46,292 bases of DNA from Choristocarpus tenellus KU-1152 (taxonomy: Eukaryota; Protista; Phaeophyceae): contig CAXNAD020000020.1 of the NCBI GenBank assembly GCA_964200185.2, forward strand, positions 1 to 46,292. Direction: 5' to 3'. Shown here piece by piece: positions 37,501 through 46,292 of this stretch. Numbering within the stretch: the stretch's first letter is position 1; each line of letters starts with the position of its first letter. Both the position numbers and the translations under genes were made by a program. The notes under the pieces were generated by a model. It was not told where the DNA came from, made no database searches, and was given only the letters and a program-made list of their open reading frames with translations.

Positions 37501-38843
37501 GTCTCCAGAAGCTAAACCAGTCTTGGGGACACAGCAGCTGCTCTGTATATACGCTGGCCCAGGATCTGCATGAAAGAAGGCAACAGTAACATAAATGCAT
37601 TTGATTTAAATTCTGCATACGATTCTGGCACCTTCCATGGCCATGATGTGCTAACACAGTAGAGAAATTGTCTACCGAGTTGACATCATGCAACAGATCA
37701 ATGGAAGGAGGAAGAGGGCGATGTGGAACGAAAACTCTTGATAATATGTGGATGATTGATTCATTTTCCTCTCTTATCAAAGAAAATCACATCCACCGTG
37801 CCTAAGCGACGCCTCAGCCTATATTTGTTCCTTCTCTTGCACCTGTCCTTACCAGTCGAAAAAACATTAGTGTGGCCAATCCTCACCTTCCATACTTCCA
37901 ATTCACCCAGAGAGCACCAATGAGGCAAATTACAGGGTTTACGCCTAGTACAAAGACGTAGGTCACCAGCTTGAAGTAACACCACACGCTGAGAGGCACC
38001 CCAGTTCCTGGAATTGCCACATTGCGTAGATTCTTGACCATGTCCTGCATTGACTCAAGAAGTTAGTTACATATTTCAACATCCATAAAGAACTACACGA
38101 AGACTTCGGTTACCAGTAATTGCCACAATTTTCGACCTAGTTCAAGTCGTCATCCATTCCAAGACAGTTTTGCGTCATCGCTTCCATAATTTCCAAGGAC
38201 ACTAGTGCAATCTAAATTGCCTAGATGTTGAAGTAGTTTTAAGTATCAAGTACCTCTCTGAAGCTCCCACTCCTATAATGAGGTTTCGACCAGAGGTAGA
38301 AGATGAGAGCCAGAGAGTAGCACTGTACCCGTGCCTGCCATCGTACGACGTCCAGCGCATGGTAAAGGAGTCAAATTCTCTTGCCTAAAGACAGACATAA
38401 GACAAGTCGAACCGAAAACGAGCTTCGACCACACTCACGTAGAACAATATTCTTCCTTGAAAGAGTATTTCTCAATCTCTTTACGCACCCCTCACATACA
38501 ACCATTACGTGGAAGATGCTTTAACTTCACACACCCAATTACAACTCCCAATACAACAAAGACATTCGGTGGGGGGCTACGAAGCTAAGCATCGCATACC
38601 ATCAGCAAAGCGGAAAGAAAATGAATAAGATATCTAAAGAGAGACAAGCCACTCATGATGCGGTGGTTACTCTCATATTTAGAGGGTGTTTGGGTAAGGG
38701 ATTGATATGTGTACCTGTGGTCGCTTAATGAAATATGGACAAGAGGCGTAGCTGCCACCAAATAGGAAGTAGAACATGCAGCGGTAGAACGTCAACGTAT
38801 CCCATAGAGCTCCCATGAAGGTTGATCGATTCCCATCGCTCAT
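34590..38843 (-). CDS. Sugar-transfer-associated-type ATP-grasp protein with hydrophobic N-terminal segments, 8 exons
   Basis: Exons 38843-38715, 38334-38254, 38044-37887, 37565-37433, 36960-36868, 36749-36604, 35356-35105, 34848-34590 are phase-consistent. ATP-grasp motifs EDKWTF, LVIKDKDEEGGMGLFF, WIIQERLHN, LSTMRVIT, FRAGR, HHPD..VITGETIP and LVGWDVALTSSGVLLLEVNLSC. Confidence 0.8.
35489..35836. repeat. Diverged tandem duplication (~177 + ~164 bp) in an intron of the ATP-grasp gene
   Basis: Copies at 35489-35665 and 35673-35836 share aagtatcatgttcagcttgaccagggttatgtaaacatagca exactly. Confidence 0.9.
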
Positions 38844-39583
38844 CCTCCTACGATAAGGAGGTTTGGTCTTTCAAGTCAACCTAAGATTTTCAATATATAA
38901 GTAAGACGTAAAAGGTAACAAGAAAGGTAAGACAAAAATTTTGGCGTTTGAACATTTTTCAAGGTGTACGAAAACCGTACTTTTTTTTAGTTGTCTTTGG
39001 TGTACGGTAATAAAATAGAGTAAAAATAAAAGAGAAAGATCTCAGTTTGTGAAAACATACAAATCCAATACCATATTCTTGAGAGGGATGATTAGAGTAA
39101 AACAATTTGGGATTCTACGAAATTCTTTTGTCAGAAAACTCAAAAAAAGTATTTTGTGGTGTATGTCAGGGACAAGTTCCTTTTTGGGGATCTCCGACAC
39201 ACACATATGAAAAAGACGCGCGGTCATATACAAATGCGCGCGCTAACCACCTCATTTGAGCTCATCCATATCGACCAGTCCAATAAACCAACCATACCCA
39301 TAAGATCTGGATTTGACCAAACACCCAAAATGGACTATCAGAACGAAGAACCATTCCGATTCTGACCGATCCATTTCTTGCTGTGGCTGGATTTCCTGAT
39401 CTGTTATGAGATTAGAGCCAAGACCTTGAAACTCTGTCCCACCCTCTGAGGTGAAGGAGTTTCATTCCGGTGATTGTGATTGATTGCCCCCTTGAGCAGA
39501 GAACTTGGCACCTTTGACACTTTCACATGTAGTTTTAATAGAAATGGATAGGGTAATTAATAACTGAAGATCTTTGTTCGTAG

Positions 39584-40959
39584 ATAGAGATTGAAGTGGG
39601 TGGTCTTGCAGCAGAGTTCTACCTTATGAGGGAAGAAGGGAAAACTTCACCGCAGCCGAGATGGGGAGAGTACACTTTTCAAGAGCCCGAGGGGTGGCTG
39701 GAGATAAAGGGAAAGACAAAGCTCTTTAGCAATAACGAATTGAGTAAACTAGTTGAACAGGAGGCCACTCCTCGACAGGACTTCTGTACCGATGTGACAC
39801 CCGAGAAAGGAGCGGATCAGTCCCTGTTTTTCTTCTTTTATTGGTCTTCTTGCTACAATTCCCTAGAATATGGTGTGGCAACCGAATCAAATATGAATGT
39901 TGCACTAGGAGGTTAGAGGAACGGGGTAAAACTACAACCACTGAATCCCATCAAGTTGGTGGCAGATACACCTCTCCATAAGGATAGAACAGTGCAAACT
40001 CTCACTTTTGGGGAACGAGCCACCAGAAGATTGTTCGGACAAGCTGTCAAAATTGAGGTACCACTGTTCCACTGAAGTAAATAGTTAAACGACATTAGGA
40101 GCTGGGAATCTTCCCACCATTGTTATCTGTGGGCCTTCACCCCACTTAATGTGTGCCCCCTCCAAGCGGCGATCTCAATGTTTGGGTCACACCAATGAAC
40201 TGTGCCCCAGACCATAGCCTCAGAGCCTCCCTCTAATGACTGCAAGACCTCAAGATTATGGTATGGGTGCTGGCAGCATTACTGTTGTATGTTCCACGTG
40301 TGTCGATTTTCTCTAAGGTAGTTTCCACCTTACTCACATACTCTTTTCGTCCATCAGTCCTCTCGCTGTATTTTTGTGTTCTCCTGTGTTGCAATCGCCG
40401 CTTTCAGGTACAGAAGTAACCAGCAGTTTGATCAGTCGCGACTCAGGCACATGCAATTAAGGGAGTACAAGGTGTAATTTGTCTCTGACCCACAGGTATC
40501 CCAGTCAAGAAGGTGTGGCACGAGGAAAAGGGAGGAGAAAGACAATACCCAATTTCTATGTGATTGTGATATATCTTTTTGTCTTGTATTTCTTTGGGAT
40601 TCTCATTCTGAAGGGGAAGAGTATTTCATGTTTTACCTTATTTCTTTGTTCCGTATGATTTTGTGTCGGCATTTATTTGTGTTCATGGCTTTCGAAGGGG
40701 GAGGATCCTTTTATGGCAGTACCCTATTTTCACATGAGTGTGAGACTCTGGTATAGGAGGTTTTCTCTTGAACATTGAACATGGAGAAAAATGCAGAGTG
40801 AGTGCTGTGAGGTGCGAAGCTATCACTAGCATGTCTTCTGTCAGGGCAAACATTTTAAGGGGTTTTTTCCTCTAGGTTCAAGAGATACTCTGTGGAGCCT
40901 TCTATGAGGCTCATCATCTGTCTACAGGCTTGTGGATTGGAGCTACAAATCTCATCATG
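39584..40959 (+). pseudogene. Possible decayed or unrecognised gene (exon-like segments)
   Basis: Frame 39584-40057 is open for ~158 codons except for one TAG (39914-39916). It starts after an AG and ends at GAG|GTACC. A further phase-0 exon-like piece at 40876-40959 (VQEILCGAFYEAHHLSTGLWIGATNLIM) has a polypyrimidine-AG acceptor and a GTAAG donor. No family recognised. Confidence 0.3.
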
Positions 40960-42449
40960 GTAAGATTGCAGATCATTTTGTAGTGTGGGATTGTGTTTGC
41001 CATTTGAGAGAGCTTGCTACCATATGCCCGTTGGACCACTCAAGAGATTTTCCACTTTGTTTATCAATTGATTCCTTCCAGTCAGTGAAGGATTTGAGAG
41101 TAGGGTGACTTCGCACCCAACAAACTGCAGCAAATGTATGTCCCCGGATGAGAGAATATTATGTATGGAAAACACGTCAGTGCGGATAATTCTGTTCAAT
41201 ATTTATTTATGACTCCCCTGAGTTGCAGGAGACCACACAGCAACAACACAATGAATTTATCTGTTTCTTGACCAGTCAATAGTAGAGTCATGACCACCAG
41301 TTTCCTTTATTCTGTCATGGACTCATGCCCCATCATGCAAAGATTCAGGCTTATTACTCATTTATGTGATTGTTTGCCCCTCTGCCCTATTTTCGAATGA
41401 CTTGTTCAGCCTTTAATGTTGTGATGAGGTTGTGGGGCTCATGCCCTGGGGGGGGTGGGTAATGTGGAGAGCAAGTATAAGGGATACCTCAGATGGTACA
41501 CATCTCTGATCAAGAATCTCAGTTTGAGTCTCACCAACAATCTCTCCTAGAGTTCTGAACTGAGAAGATTTTTGACTACAATTATGATCAGTTCAGCTCT
41601 CGCTGGTTATTAATCAAATTGATTCATTTGTTTCATAGCACTCGCCATAGTGGCAAAGTTGTGAGTGAGGAGCCATGCCAGAGCCGAAACGTACTGAGGT
41701 TATCACCCATCTTGCACTCCCCTAGTAATACTAGACTGGTGATTGTTGTCTTTGTTTTCAATCAAAGGGATGAGTCTTCTCAGTTATTAATGCAAAATAA
41801 CAAGCATTCCATATATTTACATGTGTGTGTGTGTCACCTCTGCCCCTATCCTAGCAGTTGCTTGAAACATTTGCTAATCACAGTAACATAACACAACATA
41901 ACATAACCATGCACCACATGAAATTACCATCTTCCATTCTTCTTCATATTGTGTCAAAAGAATGGCCATGTTAGTATGAGAGAATGAAGAGAAGGGTAGA
42001 GAAAAATATTGGTGAGAAGAAACATCCTTCTTAGACCCCCTTTTTGCTAAAAGAGAACAAGATGAGAAAGATCTGCATAGTGAAACATGCAAAATATCAA
42101 CGTTTTTATGTGCACAGGGGTATATATATTTTTTGGTGATGCACATGTTAATTAAAACTCATATTCTCAGCTTTTGAATAAGCCCCTAAGCAGCGTCTGA
42201 GTGTTTGCTACTCAAGAATGGTGTCAGTGAAGGTATAGCACCAAATTGCAAGGTGTGAAAATCAAGCCTGAAACTGTAAAATAATCAAATTACATTTGGT
42301 TGCCTTCCTACTAAGGAGTGTGATAGTGAGACACCAGAATTTCAGCTTCTGAAGGTTGGCTGCACATCACCTCAAGCACCAGTAAGCTCAACTGAATTAA
42401 TTGAAATGTTCTCTACCAAACTTGATTGTAGTTGTACATTCTTTTGGTT

Positions 42450-43070
42450 TATAACACTAGAAGCATAACCTTTGGCACATGTAAGTTGCTTGTGATGTGA
42501 GGACACTCTGGTGGGTGGTGTCTCCCTAGGCCTGAGGTGAACCCTTTTATGGTTGGAAACTAGGTTAAACCACTTTCGTCCACATGGACCCAGTCAACCA
42601 TGGGGTCAAACTTTTCTTGTGTAGCTTTTTTCAGGATGCTGCTTGTGGTGAAGGCCATCTTATCAACCTTACCTTGTGTTGATAAGCGATGAAGAGTTTG
42701 ATGACTCTTTGATATGGTTCACCCTGTATCCTTGTATACCTCCTCATCTTTTGTTTGTTGTCTTCATTTGCTCATCTCCTCTCAATGGTTCATTTGAGCT
42801 TTTCGAATGCTTCAATCGCATCAATCTCCTCTAGCAGAAATGTCATTGGTTGTCCGCTGTGACGAGAGGCTAAGCCCATGCCCTGCCATTTATCCAAGGT
42901 CTGGAAGGCCACCCCCACCAACAGAGCCAATGTTGATGGGGCCACCTCATAATTGTGCGCAATTTGTGATAGGGTGCCTTGTTGGATCTTGCAGGTGAAA
43001 TTGCTACTTTCCAACATAAGATTCCTGGTTGTGCATTGGGATGTCTTTCATTTTTCTGATCATGCCAAGA
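42450..43070 (-). mobile_element. Fossil Tc1/mariner transposase of the DD39D (plant/stramenopile mariner-like) group
   Basis: In order on the minus strand, with frameshifts: TLSQIAHNYEVAPSTL (HTH), IKLFIAYQHKVRLIRW, FDPMVDWVHVDE/WFNL (cf. VHIDEKWF, first catalytic D), VHLRPRETPPTR and HVPKVMLLVL (cf. HIPKVMFLAAV). Confidence 0.8.
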
Positions 43071-46000
43071 CTCTGGTGTGGATTGGTGAGGCAAAATCTC
43101 CAAATCCTCCACAGGTCCTAGTAGGCAGATCTGAGGTTATGAACAGTGGAATGTGGAGTAAGTTGTGGGTAGCAAGACCTTGTGATAAAAATGTGCTTCT
43201 GTGACTTCTGACACGTTCTGGGTTCAAACCTTGAATTAGTTGAATCATTGGTGGTTCGAGTCAAGTGCTCTGTGTCAAGGCTTGATCAAAACCAGTATGT
43301 GACGGGGAGACATAGTCCACTGAAGCACTCAAGGTTTCAACTGATGAATCTTGTCACATGCTTTTCATAGATGCAGGTTGAATACTGTAGTGAGGTGTTC
43401 TGTTCTGTTCCTTAGTGCATTCAAAGGAAATTATACATGCTCTGTGTAGAGTTGTTACCTTGTGAAGAAGGTTGTTGGATGTATTACAAACTCTGTTTAT
43501 ATATCATCCAGTTGTATGTAGAGGTCCACTTATTGCAGAGTTGAGTTTGAAGTCTAAGTGGGGGCAAGACTGAGCAAAGAAAACATTGTACAATACAACT
43601 GTTATTTGTTCTGTGGGGGAAAAATAATTAAAAAGACCTGAATCAGATTCTGAGTCAACTTATGTCGCACAAACTGAGTTTGAATGTTTGAAGAACATCT
43701 AATTCCAGGGATCAAGCTTACTATATTTAAATATATATATTTTCATACTACACATACTGTGCAGATTGGTGCATGTGCGACCTTGCTGCTTGCGCACGAA
43801 ATGATCAGTACTAGTGGACAAATCAACAGTTAACACCCTCTTACTATAAGTGTTGGAGGTTGGTGGAGGAGTTACGTACTACTACATACAAGACAAAAAG
43901 TAGAGAAAATCATTACAAAAGAAAGTTAATGACAAGGAAACTTCTGGTTTAAGGTGGGGACTTGTCAAAGGCGATAGAAGGTAAGAAGAAAGGTAAGAGA
44001 CAACTTAGAGGGAACTTGTAGAGTAGAAAAAAGTCACATCTATGGATCATACGATTCTGTGGTGGCGTGGTACACTCAGGGAAGGGTGGTAAAGAGAATC
44101 ACTGAGCAAGATGGACCAGACAAACCCAAGATGAAATATAACTGAGAGGATGAGGTTAAGGTTGGAAACGTGCAACAAGGCTGCAAGGATTTGCAAAAAT
44201 GTGGAGTGATGAGCTTCTCATGAGAAGGGGATGATCAGAAAATCAAGATTAAACAACAAGAGCTCTCAAAGACATGGAAACTTAAACATGATTCAAGGTC
44301 ATCCAAAAGGTGAGCTCTGGGAGCAAAATGGGAAACAGGTGCGACTGTTAGTATACTATTGCACCATTGTATTACACGACTACATCAATACAAAATGAAG
44401 TGTAACATACATTTGTGGCATTATTGAATATCTGATCAGGATATCATTAGGCAAAGGTTGATGGTATGGGGGGTCAGCATACCAATCAAGCTTACAAGGT
44501 CTGAGTCTATGGGATCAATGTAGCAGTCAACCTAAATTATGAGTGGGGTTGAAGGATGCGGTCAATATTGCATCAAGGTCATGGTCAAGGTGTGAAGGTA
44601 TGGGATCAGCAATGCGGTCAGCCTGAACATGAGCCAAGAGGTATATATAGGGCCCACATATAGGTCTCTTGTATCTTGTATAAACTGAGGGAATTTAAGA
44701 ATAGGGATACATACAAGGAGCAAACGCTATTTGTTGTCAATAAACTGTTGACAAGTATTTGTGATCTGACGTTGCTAAACGAGTGTTACATGATGATTTT
44801 ATTAACATTCCAATGTGTGAAATCACAGGCGCATGTACATGAAAAAAATCAACACATCAGGCAGCAGGACCAATAGATAATGTGTGCACACACTCTCCTT
44901 CCTCGCATTCTGAAACAATTGGAGTATTGCTTGCAAGGAATACAATATTTCAAGTGGACACTAGGATGTATGATATGTTGGTGGCTCAACTCTCAAAACG
45001 ATATGAGGTGACCATGCAGTCATTACATCAAGTTGGGGGAATCATGCTACTCAGAAAACAAACAACAAATGTAATTCATCTGAAGTCTCTATTACGTACC
45101 TTTGGGGGATTCAAATCTTTGCCTTTTGTTGGGTGAGTCATTTCGTTATGATCAACAAATACAATTCATGAAAATGAGACATGACGTAATAAACAGCCAC
45201 CTCTAGCACACACGAGTGCAAATGCACCCGGTGATACTGTCTCTTCATCACCGCATGTGACCACTCATGCAAATGAGAAAAGTTGAGAGATAAAATATCA
45301 TGTTAATAATATCTAAACGTCCAACATATGTATGTATAGTCTATATCTAAGGATTGATAAACCTGGTAAACAAGAGAGACCCAAAGCATTTAAGAGGTTA
45401 AGGCCACATCCATTCAGGACCATAAATCCAATGTTGCAATTTTGATGAACTTTGGCTATCGTGTTTGTTAGGAAGTGTCAATATCCTTGCTCTGGACACA
45501 CCTTCATAGTTCTATACATTTTAGGTAACTGTGTCCTCACAGAAAACCGAAAAGGGGCATTAATTACCCATGGGAAGCCAAGCCCTGAACAAACAGGGCA
45601 AAACTCCTACCCTCTTAAATGCTTTGACTCAGATGTCAAGTCAGAGCTGGTTGTGAACAGGTCAACTGAGATCTGTTACCAGTTATCTAATCTCTTTACA
45701 AAACGATAGACTATTCCTATGTGTGACAATATGACATTCAAATGATTGGTCAAAACTAGATGGTCAACCTCTCTAAAGAGTTATGATATATGTGGGTAAC
45801 ACGAGATCTGGGCTAAGGTGTGCAATTCATGACTGTGCAGTATAGGCTGGTAGTCTATATGGTTTAGATCTGTTTATTGGCCACTTCTAGATAACAGATA
45901 TGTTGGCTAAGTGAAAGAATTGATGTTGACTTGTATTTGTGTGCATAGATTAATAGGTTCGAGGCTTGGATGACTGATTTCTTATTACCCCTAGGCAAAA

Positions 46001-46292
46001 GAAAAGCTATTCCAATAGAGTCTTTGCATTGTGTTGTATGGATGTATTTATTAGCGGAGTGAGCACTATCCCTTGAGGTGGGGGGTGGTGCTCTCTCTTA
46101 TTATCTATCTTATTGCACATGTCAGCTGACACATCAGCTGAAACACCATCAAAGATGTTTTTTACCATGACTTAGAAAAAAATACTCCATTCACATCTTC
46201 AGATCTCAAAAAAATAGAAGGGTGGTCTTTTATTATACCGTTATTGCCGTATGCCATATACCGTTATACCGTGGTACCGAGTCAGGTTCCCA

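Noticed and set aside
42635-42682. DAACGEG on + resembling a SAM-binding motif I
   Set aside because: A stop follows within a few codons, and the region is better explained as antisense to the mariner fossil.
44460-44640. Three degenerate TATGGGATCA...GTCA.CCT.AA.ATGAG motifs
   Set aside because: Too degenerate and irregularly spaced to define a repeat unit or function.
44676-45709. Short + strand ORFs near the window end
   Set aside because: No recognisable domains and no consistent exon chain.

Overview
Intron-rich nuclear DNA of a eukaryote, most likely a flagellated, photosynthetic stramenopile (ochrophyte, probably a brown alga or close relative). This is inferred from GT-AG spliceosomal gene structures, an ASAFAP-type bipartite plastid leader and a radial-spoke gene. 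Seven multi-exon genes could be assembled by hand: radial spoke protein 2 (Dpy-30 + GAF-like, +), a mitochondrial HIBCH/crotonase-like protein lacking its catalytic Asp (+), an ANTH-like protein with a signal peptide (-), plastid CSP41a with a long acidic C-terminal extension (+), a kelch-repeat protein (-), NAA50 with a GC-AG intron (+), and a membrane-anchored sugar-transfer-type ATP-grasp protein (-). Between and inside the genes lie an RTE-like LINE fossil, a MITE-like element, a tRNA-derived tandem repeat, a DD39D mariner transposase fossil, a short bacterial tolB fragment, a triplicated kelch 3' end and a possible decayed gene. All family assignments come from motif recognition, not database searches, and the exon boundaries are manual predictions.
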